63,826 bases of DNA, taken from sequence record SRR20825010_708; one strand, 5' to 3'. The notes beneath the pieces were generated by a model. That model saw only the letters and a program-made list of their open reading frames with translations, was not told where the DNA came from and did not search any database. This document shows, piece after piece, positions 55,553 to 63,826 of this stretch. The position numbers and the translations under genes were made by a program. How positions within the stretch are numbered: the stretch's first letter is position 1; each line of letters begins with the position of its first letter.

Positions 55553-56965
55553 CTACCGTGATCCTTTCTTAAACAATACCACTTCTACTGTCTGAATTAT
55601 AATCAACAAATCCAGTAATAAACTCTGATTTTTGATGTAATAAAGGTCGTAACGAAGTTTTTCCCGTGTATCTTCTTCATTATCAGCATAAGCAAAACAA
55701 AGCTGGGCCCAACCCGTCAAACCCGGCTTTACCCGGTGGCGCTCGCTGTAGAATGGAATCTTCTCCGACAATTGCTCAACAAAGACAGGCCTTTCAGGGC
55801 GAGGGCCCACAAATGCCATCGTGCCGTTGATAACGTTAAAGATCTGGGGCAATTCATCCACGCGGATTTTACGAATAATATCACCCACTTTCGTGACCCG
55901 TGCGTCATTCTGACTGGCCCATACTGCACCGTTTTTCTCTGCATCGGTGATCATTGAACGGAATTTGTGAACCTTAAAGACACTGCCGTTAAGGCCTACT
56001 CTCTCCTGGCTGTAAAACACGGGCGCCTTTATCCCGTCTTCAATCTTGATGGCAATTGCCGTGAGAATCATCAGTGGCAGGCCTGCCAGTAACAACACAC
56101 CCGCCGCAAGGATGTCCAGCAAGCGCTTGCCAAACCCATATACAGACGACACTTTGAAGCCGTCCGAGAATACCAGCCAACCGTGGGTTACCATCTCCAG
56201 TGCGACTTTCCGTGACTCTCTCTCGTAGAAACTAGCCCCATCCACGATGCGGACACCCAGCATTTTGCATTCCAAAAGATCTTCCATCGGCAACCCCTTA
56301 CGGCGATCGTCGACAGCAACCACGATCTCCTTTGCTGGGTGCTTGAGGATGTATTGATGCAATGTGGTCGGGATCTGGAGAAGGTTTTCATCACTGACCT
56401 GAATCGGCTCATCGGGAATCGGCACAAACCCTGTCAGGATAAAACCCTTACGATTAAACGGCGTTGTAAGGTCTTCCAGAAGCTGCCGGGCCCTGAAACC
56501 CGCTCCGAGTACGAGAACTTTTCGCTTGAACGCGTCCTTACCTGCCATTGCGAAGAAGACCCAACGGCATATTCCCAGCAGGAAGAATCCAAAGACCGAG
56601 GCCGATGTGAGGAGATCCGTGAAGCCGAGATACCAGAGCCAGTCGTTGCCGATGATAAATAGAACACTCACCGCCGGAACGCCGATAATGAGCGAAAAAA
56701 TGGTCCTCAGCATCATCCCGGACATGCCTTCTTCCAGGCGGGACTGATGAACACCCAGGGCAATCATGACTACCAGGTTGACGAGACTGAAAACAACAGC
56801 GGAAGGCAGCAGGAATACATAGCTGTCGAGAAAGAAGGACACTTCGCCGAAGTGGCGAAAAAATGCGGCAAGCGAGAAACTTACGGCCAGGACAACAAAA
56901 TCAATTAAGCCCAGAATAACGAAAGGGACATGAATGTAGTGCCTGAACAATCTGACGTGGGCCAC
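55553..56965 (-). CDS. Initiating undecaprenyl-phosphate sugar phosphotransferase, PEP-CTERM system type
   Basis: KRLLD, KFRSM, DARVTKVG, DELPQ, GPRPERP, KPGLTGWAQ, YDLYYIKN. Confidence 0.94.
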   Translation of the reverse strand: MAHVRLFRHYIHVPFVILGLIDFVVLAVSFSLAAFFRHFGEVSFFLDSYVFLLPSAVVFSLVNLVVMIALGVHQSRLEEGMSGMMLRTIFSLIIGVPAVSVLFIIGNDWLWYLGFTDLLTSASVFGFFLLGICRWVFFAMAGKDAFKRKVLVLGAGFRARQLLEDLTTPFNRKGFILTGFVPIPDEPIQVSDENLLQIPTTLHQYILKHPAKEIVVAVDDRRKGLPMEDLLECKMLGVRIVDGASFYERESRKVALEMVTHGWLVFSDGFKVSSVYGFGKRLLDILAAGVLLLAGLPLMILTAIAIKIEDGIKAPVFYSQERVGLNGSVFKVHKFRSMITDAEKNGAVWASQNDARVTKVGDIIRKIRVDELPQIFNVINGTMAFVGPRPERPVFVEQLSEKIPFYSERHRVKPGLTGWAQLCFAYADNEEDTREKLRYDLYYIKNQSLLLDLLIIIQTVEVVLFKKGSR

Positions 56966-57107
56966 GCCAACTCCTTTTGCTGTTCACTGGAAATGCGTCT
57001 GCGCATCCCATGCTGCAGATCTAACGATGAACAGAGTTTACTGTATTTTAATGATACTGCAATCAGGGACAGTAGAAGGACAGCACCCAACGGGACGCCA
57101 GAAACGC

Positions 57108-57143
57108 AAAACACCCTGCCCCAGAGATCGAGGCAGGGTGTTT
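57108..57143 (-). terminator. Intrinsic terminator after PEP-CTERM gene
   Basis: AAACACCCTGCC...GGCAGGGTGTTT stem with a T run on the minus strand. Confidence 0.75.
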
Positions 57144-57158
57144 CATGGCTTACTTAGC

Positions 57159-57842
57159 TCAGGCTGACTTGCGACGGCGAGTCATACCGAGGCCCAGCAG
57201 GCCAAGACCAAACAGAGCGAGCGTTCCTGGCTCAGGCACTGCTTGCACGTCTGAAATACCAACGATCAGATCGTTGTAATCAAAGTCACCATCAATCAGG
57301 TCTTCGAAGGCCACAATCAGTGAGCTGCCAAAGAAGCTGCTGTTCTGGCTGCCAGTCACGTCAAAGATCCGTGTCATGTCAACGCCGCCGTTCAGGCTGG
57401 CATCTGAATAGAACGTGGTGTTGCCGCGCTGCAGATAGAAGCCGAACGTAGAGCCAATATTGGCTGTTCCGAAGTGAGTGGAAGCCGTTCCAGCGTCCAG
57501 GTCAAATTCTACCTGGCGACCGCCAGAGCCTTCCGACCCTGAAAACACCTGAAGTGTTTCGTTGGTGTCGTTCAGGTTATAGATACCGAAGTTGTTGATG
57601 TTCGCAAAACCTGCAAATTCAAACAGCAGGAAGGCACCGGCTGAATCCTGGTTACCATCAACATCGTTCAGTTTCGCAAAAGAGGCTCCGTTGTCGTAGA
57701 ACGCGCCTTCACCGAGGGAATCGGTAAACACGTCCGCGCCACCGTCTGTTTTCAGGTCGAAAACGTCCATTGGAGCGGCCTGAGCTACCGAGAACGTTCC
57801 CACCAGCATCGCCGCTGCAATCAGCTTTGAAGTCATTTTCAT
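57159..57842 (-). CDS. PEP-CTERM protein with DUF4114-like domain
   Basis: Signal peptide (AQA-AP), AFEDLIDGDFDYNDL, VPEPGTLALFGLGLLGLGMTRRRK. Confidence 0.92.
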   Translation of the reverse strand: MKMTSKLIAAAMLVGTFSVAQAAPMDVFDLKTDGGADVFTDSLGEGAFYDNGASFAKLNDVDGNQDSAGAFLLFEFAGFANINNFGIYNLNDTNETLQVFSGSEGSGGRQVEFDLDAGTASTHFGTANIGSTFGFYLQRGNTTFYSDASLNGGVDMTRIFDVTGSQNSSFFGSSLIVAFEDLIDGDFDYNDLIVGISDVQAVPEPGTLALFGLGLLGLGMTRRRKSA

Positions 57843-57893
57843 TTTACTGCTCCTTGTCTACATCTTATGATTCTCATCAACCGCCCAAACCAA

Positions 57894-57909
57894 TGCAGTT
57901 GTCGTGCCA
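57894..57909 (-). promoter_or_regulatory. sigma54 -24/-12 promoter (TGGCACGACAACTGCA)
   Basis: Near-consensus TGGCACG-N4-(T/C)TGCA; IHF-like AAACAATAACTTA at 57927-57939. Confidence 0.85.
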
Positions 57910-57959
57910 ATTATTTATTCATTATTAAACAATAACTTACATTGGCAATATTTGGGTTG

Positions 57960-57976
57960 CGTAAAATATACTGACA
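57960..57976 (-). promoter_or_regulatory. Candidate PrsR enhancer box (+ strand CGTAAAATATACTGACA)
   Basis: 17-bp imperfect palindrome ~50 bp upstream of the sigma54 site; recurs before other PEP-CTERM genes. Confidence 0.7.
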
Positions 57977-57991
57977 CACCGCCATTGATCC

Positions 57992-58720
57992 TCAGCGATT
58001 GCGCTTTGACTTCCGCGAAAGCGAAAGTCCAATCCCTAGCAGTCCCAGCGCGAACAAAGCCAGCGTACCCGGCTCTGTGACATTGGCGACTGTTATGTTG
58101 TCGATGCCGTACCCATCATCGGGGTTGTTGGAAAAAATACTGACATCCCCCAAACCCGCTGCGTCATAGAGGCTGACATAAAAAACTCTGCCGTTGCCCA
58201 GAGCGGACCCAAATATGTCGTTGAAGCTGAAATCGAACCCGCCAATCGAGAGGCGTCCGCCAGCATCGTTGGGGTCTGTCATATAGAAACCCATGGCGTT
58301 AAAACCAGTCGCTGGAGAAATAACCATCTGGCGTGCATCCATACTGTCCAACCAGTTATCCCCGGATACGGAATAGCGCCCGCTAAAGGGACTGGCGCCG
58401 GCGTTCAATACGGCAAGACCGCCATTGCAGTTATAGGGACCGCTATCGCACAACCCGCCTGAACCTGGCACCGCACTGGTAAAGGCCCCAACACCCACTG
58501 AGGAGGTGATAGTGCCAGCCTGGCTTCCAACGGTGTAAAAAGAATTATCATCGAACGTTTCGGTGAGATAACCGGAATGCGCTGCGTCCAGGAAGTCCTG
58601 TTCCGCGGAGGCGGCCGCTGTAGCGCCCTGGCTACTAATACTGAGAATGGGCGCAGCGCTGGCCCAGTTGCAGGCGCCAAGGAGAACCCCAATGGCGCCG
58701 ACTGTTTGTAGTGTGTTCAT
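57992..58720 (-). CDS. PEP-CTERM protein with variant VTEP motif
   Basis: Signal peptide (ASA-AP); C-terminal VTEPGTLALFALGLLGIGLSLSRKSKRNR. Confidence 0.88.
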   Translation of the reverse strand: MNTLQTVGAIGVLLGACNWASAAPILSISSQGATAAASAEQDFLDAAHSGYLTETFDDNSFYTVGSQAGTITSSVGVGAFTSAVPGSGGLCDSGPYNCNGGLAVLNAGASPFSGRYSVSGDNWLDSMDARQMVISPATGFNAMGFYMTDPNDAGGRLSIGGFDFSFNDIFGSALGNGRVFYVSLYDAAGLGDVSIFSNNPDDGYGIDNITVANVTEPGTLALFALGLLGIGLSLSRKSKRNR

Positions 58721-58771
58721 ATCAGTACTCCATATAAGCTGACAGAATCGTCTTCGATAGGGAGTAACTGC

Positions 58772-58787
58772 TGCATAAGACGTGCCA
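58772..58787 (-). promoter_or_regulatory. sigma54 -24/-12 promoter (TGGCACGTCTTATGCA)
   Basis: TGGCACG-N4-ATGCA; IHF-like TTTCAGTCAGTTA at 58806-58818. Confidence 0.85.
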
Positions 58788-58839
58788 CGGCTTCAACTGG
58801 TTCATTTTCAGTCAGTTAGAAGCCCGCACATTTTCTCAA

Positions 58840-58856
58840 TGTAAAGTTTTTCGACA
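58840..58856 (-). promoter_or_regulatory. Candidate PrsR enhancer box (+ strand TGTAAAGTTTTTCGACA)
   Basis: TGT-N11-ACA ~52 bp upstream of the sigma54 site. Confidence 0.75.
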
Positions 58857-58895
58857 ACCCCTCGCTACGCCCGGAGAGCAGGCGCTCCAATCAGT

Positions 58896-60380
58896 TCAGA
58901 TAACAAACAGGTCAATAAATTCGTGTGCGGGGGTCGACTCCAATAGCGCTTGATCTTTACACAGGTTAAAGATCTTCTCGCAGCGCTGACCAGGAAACCG
59001 GGTCGCCAGGTTATGGCGGAACTTATCCTCAAGCAGGGGAATCCCCTCCTTTCGGCGACGGCGATGGCCAATGGGATACTCAACTGCCACCTTATCCGTG
59101 CTGGTGCCGTCGGCGAAGAACACCTGAATCGCATTGGCAATTGAGCGCTTATCTGCTTCCAGATACTCACGCGTATATCGCTCATCTTCCACCACGTCCA
59201 TCTTGTCTCGGAGTTGGTCGATCATCGGGTTGGCCTCATGGAAGCTGTCTTCATAATGCTCCGCTGTCAGCCCCCCAAAAATCAACGGTACAGCAGCCAT
59301 GTATTGAAGGCAGTGATCCCGGTCGGCCGCGTTTGCCAATGTGCCCTGTTTCGAGATGATACGGATGGCAGATTCGTGGGTGGTGATAACGATTCGTTCG
59401 ATGTCATCCAGGCGGTCTTTTACCTCGGGATGAAGTATGACCGCTGCTTCCGCCGCTGTTTGAGCATGGAACTCGGCCGGGAAGGAAATCTTGAACAGAA
59501 TGTTTTCCATCACGTAGGCGCCAAAAGCCTGGGGTAAAGTAAACTGACGCTTGTCCTCCGGTTTCAGCTTCTGATCTTTATTGGTTTTGCTGAACAGAAT
59601 GTCGTAGAAGCCCCATTGGGGTGCCGTGAGCACCCCCGGGATGCCCATCTCTCCCCGCATTGCAATATCGGCCAGCCGCACGGCACGGGACGTTGCATCT
59701 CCCGCCGCCCAGGATTTTCGGGAGCCAGCGTTCGGCGCATGACGGTAGGTTCGCAGCGCCTGGCCGTCCACCCAGGCATGGGACAAGGCCGACAGCATTT
59801 GATCGCGACTGGCACCCATCAGTTTTGCGACAACAGCGGTTGAGGCCACCTTGACGAGCACAACGTGATCCAGCCCCACCCGGTTAAACGAGTTTTCGAG
59901 TGCAAGCACCCCCTGGATTTCATGGGCCATGATCATAGCCTCCAGGACATCCCGCATGGTCAGGGGCGCCTTGCCCTCCGCCACCCGCTTCTGGGACAGA
60001 TGATCCGCCACGGCCAGTATGCCCCCCAGGTTATCCGAGGGGTGGCCCCACTCCGCCGCCAGCCAGGTATCGTTGTAGTCCAGCCAGCGCACGATACAGC
60101 CAATATCCCAGGCCGCCTTTACCGGATCGAGTCTGTAAGGCGTGCCCGGAACACGGGCGCCATGGGGTACAACGGTGCCGTCAACCAGCGGCCCAAGGTG
60201 CTTGGTGCATTCAGGGAAACGCAGGGCCAGAAGGCCACAACCGAGGGTATCTATCAGGCAGTTTCTCGCGGTATTCCAAGCCTCTTTGCTTTTTATCCGA
60301 TAGCCGAGAGCGTAGTCGGCGATTGCCTGCAGGACGTCGTCATAGTCGGGGCGAATGTTCTGATCAGCGTTGGAGCTCAT
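58896..60380 (-). CDS. prpD: 2-methylcitrate dehydratase
   Basis: [64 protein letters not shown]. Confidence 0.97.
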   Translation of the reverse strand: MSSNADQNIRPDYDDVLQAIADYALGYRIKSKEAWNTARNCLIDTLGCGLLALRFPECTKHLGPLVDGTVVPHGARVPGTPYRLDPVKAAWDIGCIVRWLDYNDTWLAAEWGHPSDNLGGILAVADHLSQKRVAEGKAPLTMRDVLEAMIMAHEIQGVLALENSFNRVGLDHVVLVKVASTAVVAKLMGASRDQMLSALSHAWVDGQALRTYRHAPNAGSRKSWAAGDATSRAVRLADIAMRGEMGIPGVLTAPQWGFYDILFSKTNKDQKLKPEDKRQFTLPQAFGAYVMENILFKISFPAEFHAQTAAEAAVILHPEVKDRLDDIERIVITTHESAIRIISKQGTLANAADRDHCLQYMAAVPLIFGGLTAEHYEDSFHEANPMIDQLRDKMDVVEDERYTREYLEADKRSIANAIQVFFADGTSTDKVAVEYPIGHRRRRKEGIPLLEDKFRHNLATRFPGQRCEKIFNLCKDQALLESTPAHEFIDLFVI

Positions 60381-60492
60381 GGCGAATCCCTTATTGGTTT
60401 TGGATCTCAGTGAGAGACTAAGAACGAAAAACAGTCATGCCAAACAGGTTAGTACATCGGCCCGGCCGGGATACAGCCATCCAGATCTTAAG

Positions 60493-60509
60493 CGTTGACT
60501 TTTTATACA
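60493..60509 (+). promoter_or_regulatory. Candidate PrsR enhancer box (CGTTGACTTTTTATACA)
   Basis: 17-bp (C/T)GT-N11-ACA resembling the other boxes, ~75 bp upstream of the sigma54 site. Confidence 0.45.
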
Positions 60510-60584
60510 CTTTTCAATGCCTCACCGGTGACCAGAGCATTCAGAAAATGGCAACCGGCTGTTTTAACCGAAAAATATCCAAGC

Positions 60585-60600
60585 TGGCTTTTTTCTTGCT
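60585..60600 (+). promoter_or_regulatory. sigma54 -24/-12 promoter (TGGCTTTTTTCTTGCT)
   Basis: TGGC...TTGCT with exact GG-N10-GC spacing upstream of a PEP-CTERM gene. Confidence 0.7.
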
Positions 60601-60679
60601 GAGAACGCAGTCCGGAGACCACTCTGCAGGAAACGCGGGGTGAATATGGATATCTGTAAAAACGCAAGGAGAATGAAGT

Positions 60680-61399
60680 ATGAAAGGATTTGACCACAAA
60701 ATAGTGATCGGCCTGGGATTGGCCGCTGCAATGGCTGGGAACGCTTACGCAGCCCCCATCGTAAACGTCGTCAACTCTGACGGCGACCTCTACAACACCG
60801 AAATGCTGACCGGGTATTCAACCGACGGCTCGCTGATGGACGGCATGGAAGTCACTACTTGCTTTGCCAGCGCGGCCTGTGAAACCGTGGCATTTGACGG
60901 TACGGTCGGCAGCTCTTCCTACGGCGAAGCCATCGGTAGTGGCTGGAGCTTGTCTATCAATGGAGACACCTACAGCTCCCCGTTTACCTTCAATTCCGTT
61001 CAAGACGTCACCAGCATCGTATTGAACGGGCGTCCGGGAAACACGATCTTTGACATTGTTGGTAGCGACTCCCGCTCACCAGATTCAGCCCTGGGCAAGC
61101 CTTTTCGACTGTCCAATTCCGGCGATCTGACGGATAGCACAACCGTGAACGTTGAATACTCCGACAAGCTTTCCCTCGATGGTGTATTTTACGACGACCT
61201 GTTTACAACCATGGCTATCGATTTCGATGGCAGCCTGTTCTCAGGCATGTTCAGCTTCCTGAGCGATACTGACAACAACGATTTCGACGCCGGTAGCCCG
61301 ATTACTCCGACCAACCCGGTTCCGGAGCCCAGCACCCTGGCCCTGCTGGGGCTTGGCGCCCTGGGCTTTGGACTGCGTCGCCGTAGTCGCAAGGCGTAA
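60680..61399 (+). CDS. PEP-CTERM protein
   Basis: Signal peptide (AYA-AP), Ser/Thr/Asp-rich body, VPEPSTLALLGLGALGFGLRRRSRK. Confidence 0.92.
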   Translation: MKGFDHKIVIGLGLAAAMAGNAYAAPIVNVVNSDGDLYNTEMLTGYSTDGSLMDGMEVTTCFASAACETVAFDGTVGSSSYGEAIGSGWSLSINGDTYSSPFTFNSVQDVTSIVLNGRPGNTIFDIVGSDSRSPDSALGKPFRLSNSGDLTDSTTVNVEYSDKLSLDGVFYDDLFTTMAIDFDGSLFSGMFSFLSDTDNNDFDAGSPITPTNPVPEPSTLALLGLGALGFGLRRRSRKA

Positions 61400-61410
61400 G
61401 TAGAGCGCTT

Positions 61411-61446
61411 CGGCTCCGCAAGCTCGACAGGTGTTTTGCGGAGCCG
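61411..61446. terminator. Stem-loop between convergent genes
   Basis: CGGCTCCGCAA...TTGCGGAGCCG 11-bp stem; no clear U tract. Confidence 0.5.
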
Positions 61447-61503
61447 GAACGTGGGCCTCCAGGCTCAAGCTGGTGAGGCTTTTAGCTTTCCAACCATTAC
61501 CCT

Positions 61504-63117
61504 TCAGTTTATTGCCCGCAGATCCGAGGTGATGAAACTCAATGTCCCTCTCTCTAGCTCCAGCTCTTCTATCGCGAACCCATCCTCACAGAAAGACACG
61601 ACGCTGAGGTGACTGTTAATCGCATAAAGAGAGTCCATAGAGTAACAATTGTAAGGCAGCGTCATTACCTTGCTTGTTATGTTCCCGGTGGTTTCATTGA
61701 CGGCCCATATGTCGGGGTTGAGCAATCCCGCGGGGCTGAGCACATCCCTCTCGATGGAAGAGCTCATCGCCAGCACTTTTGCTCGGTCTCCGCCACGAGT
61801 CAGGTTCATCGACGTTGCATAGTAGGTTTCCGCGTTAGGCACAACCGGGCCACCGGGCCGGCCTACAATCAGGGTTCTGTTACGACCTGAGAAATCCAGG
61901 AAATTGACGAAAAGCAGTGATTCCGTTCGAGAAGCAACAAACGTAGATTCCACCGCCAGAAGCAAATCGACCTCACCCGAACTCAGATCGACGGTATAGA
62001 CTTCACCGAGAGGGTCTGAGCGATCAGCACCCTGAAAAGTCGTCCATAAAGCGATGGCTTTGTCGCCCATAACGACAACATCGTCGAGCGCCCAACCATC
62101 CGCAAACTTATCTGAGAAATCAGCAAACAAAGAGGCAGATCGATTGATTTCATCGACCTTGTGCAACACGCCACGGTCCGCGATGATTGTGTACTTGTCG
62201 TCCTCGATCAAAGAGAGTGACGCCAACCTGGCAGACTCAGAAAGTCCCGACAGCACAGGTTGTGCGCCTGCAAGACCGGAGTCCAACAGCATTGCAACTG
62301 ATGTAATCAAAAACTCGCCGTCACTGAGCACACCCACAAACGTCTCATCCCGTGTGGGGCCGGGTTCTGCCATGGGGTAGACTCTCGGCACCCAAGTGCT
62401 TCCCGCCACCCGCTTCAGCTCAGCGCCTGACTCTCCATACAGGATGATCGTCCTTTCGGCATAGTTATTGGCGACCACAAAATCGATATCGCCGTCGCCG
62501 TTGAAGAATACATCCGTGTAGGATGACACCCCATCCGCTTCCCAGACCTCGAGCGTATTGGCTCCCAATGTCCACCAGTAATGCGTGTCGTCGGAATCAA
62601 CCGAGAGATCGCATGTCAGATTACCGCCGGACATCGCCAGATTGACAAGTCCTGTCGACAGGTCGCTGTTCACGAAACCCTTAACGGAACAAGGTTCCTG
62701 CCCGCCACCAATATTCGACAGTTTGACACTTGTTCCATCAACGCGGCTGTGAATCGACACGCTGGTTGAGCTTGCGGTTACGGCGGCTGGAGCGAACAGA
62801 TTGTCGGTAAAGACACCCCCGGCAAATACCTGCCCACCCACCTTATCCCCTGCCTGCACATAAGCCAGCGAGTGAGATTCAAGATTACGACGATAAACCC
62901 GTGGGTTCTCGTTCGTGCCTCGTAAGGAATAGTCGTGCTCAATATAGCCATCCAGTTCAGGCAGGGATTTCGCCGTCACTCCGGGACCAGCGTTGTCTTG
63001 CCCAGCTTGCGAAGAATTCGATGATGAGGAGGATCCACCGTCACCACATCCAACCAATGCCAAGGCGATTGAACAAACAAGAAGAGGAAGGCCAGACGGA
63101 CCGAATGGTTGCGACAT
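61504..63117 (-). CDS. Hypothetical lipoprotein (possibly beta-propeller)
   Basis: Lipobox LVGC followed by a Gly/Ser linker; 537-aa beta-rich ORF with no recognised motif. Confidence 0.65.
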   Translation of the reverse strand: MSQPFGPSGLPLLVCSIALALVGCGDGGSSSSSNSSQAGQDNAGPGVTAKSLPELDGYIEHDYSLRGTNENPRVYRRNLESHSLAYVQAGDKVGGQVFAGGVFTDNLFAPAAVTASSTSVSIHSRVDGTSVKLSNIGGGQEPCSVKGFVNSDLSTGLVNLAMSGGNLTCDLSVDSDDTHYWWTLGANTLEVWEADGVSSYTDVFFNGDGDIDFVVANNYAERTIILYGESGAELKRVAGSTWVPRVYPMAEPGPTRDETFVGVLSDGEFLITSVAMLLDSGLAGAQPVLSGLSESARLASLSLIEDDKYTIIADRGVLHKVDEINRSASLFADFSDKFADGWALDDVVVMGDKAIALWTTFQGADRSDPLGEVYTVDLSSGEVDLLLAVESTFVASRTESLLFVNFLDFSGRNRTLIVGRPGGPVVPNAETYYATSMNLTRGGDRAKVLAMSSSIERDVLSPAGLLNPDIWAVNETTGNITSKVMTLPYNCYSMDSLYAINSHLSVVSFCEDGFAIEELELERGTLSFITSDLRAIN

Positions 63118-63219
63118 TTTTCACATTCCGTTGAAATTTAAGCGTTTATCTCTTTTATCCAAAGAGCTTACAAGCGCTGAATTCTGGAATCGTGAAACCT
63201 GTCGCAACCAGCGTCACAA

Positions 63220-63826
63220 TTATATCAAGGGCACCCTCACCCAACCTTCCATAAGCACTCGCGCGCTGCGGCTCATGATGGCTTTGGTGGCTGTCCACTG
63301 GCCGTTGACCAGACTGGCTTCCGCACCAACCTGCAAGGTGCCTGATGGGTGGCCGAAGGTCACGGAGGTTCTGTCACCGCCGCCAGCGGCCAGGTTAACC
63401 AGAGTTCCCGGTACGGCAGCTGCGGTAGCAATAGCAACGGCGGCTGTTCCCATCATCGCGTGGTGGAGCTTACCCATGGAAAGGGCCCGCACCAGCACGT
63501 CCACATCCCCTGCCCCAATGGCTTTGCCACTGGAAGACACATAGTCAGAGGGCTTTGCCACGAACGCCACCTTGGGCGTGTGCTGGCGGCTGGAGGCCTC
63601 TTCTACGGACTGAATCAGTCCCATTTTGACAGCACCGTGGGCGCGGATGGTTTCAAACATCGCCAGGGCCTCGGGATTGCTGTTGATATCGTCCTGCAGT
63701 TCCGTGCCCTTGTAGCCAATGTCTTCTGCATTCAGGAAGATGGTGGGAATGCCGGCATTGATCATAGTGGCCTTGAGGGTGCCAACACCGGGTACTTCCA
63801 GGTCGTCCACCAGGTTGCCGGTGGGG
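63220..63826 (-). CDS. prpF: 2-methylaconitate cis-trans isomerase (5' part outside window)
   Basis: INAGIPTIF, RQHTPKVAFV, SMGKLHHAMMGT, FGHPSGTL, MSRSARVLMEGWV. Confidence 0.95.
   Translation of the reverse strand, partial: PTGNLVDDLEVPGVGTLKATMINAGIPTIFLNAEDIGYKGTELQDDINSNPEALAMFETIRAHGAVKMGLIQSVEEASSRQHTPKVAFVAKPSDYVSSSGKAIGAGDVDVLVRALSMGKLHHAMMGTAAVAIATAAAVPGTLVNLAAGGGDRTSVTFGHPSGTLQVGAEASLVNGQWTATKAIMSRSARVLMEGWVRVPLI

Overview
Gammaproteobacterial DNA, probably Marinobacter-like (inferred from protein style and gene content). Most of the window (1-58.7 kb) is an exosortase A / PEP-CTERM-associated exopolysaccharide (EPS) locus. It includes prsR, prsT and xrtA(-epsI), a Wzx/Wzy-type EPS machinery (initiating sugar transferase, Wza-like exporter, chain-length protein, degenerate CpsD/CapB-like kinase, outer-membrane barrel, flippase, polymerase/ligase, five glycosyltransferases) and four PEP-CTERM proteins. 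Each PEP-CTERM gene has a visible sigma54 promoter and a shared 17-bp upstream box. Embedded in the locus is an ~11-kb thioesterase-less hybrid NRPS-PKS (A-T-KS-AT-ACP-aminotransferase // C-A-T-C*; A-domain codes read by eye as Val and Gly). It is flanked by the two exosortase-associated alpha/beta hydrolases, a CocE/NonD hydrolase, two JmjC oxygenases, a formyltransferase, a methyltransferase and GNATs. The best candidate for an undescribed system is an assembly line that builds a peptide-polyketide substituent and attaches it to the EPS or PEP-CTERM glycan. Other highlights are a FemAB-like protein with a SerRS-like tRNA-binding arm, a MinD-like membrane-targeting tail on the NRPS, and an FN3 domain split by an inserted module. 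The right end holds prpD and a partial prpF, separated by a PEP-CTERM gene and a lipoprotein gene. All calls come from motif recognition by eye; no searches were run.
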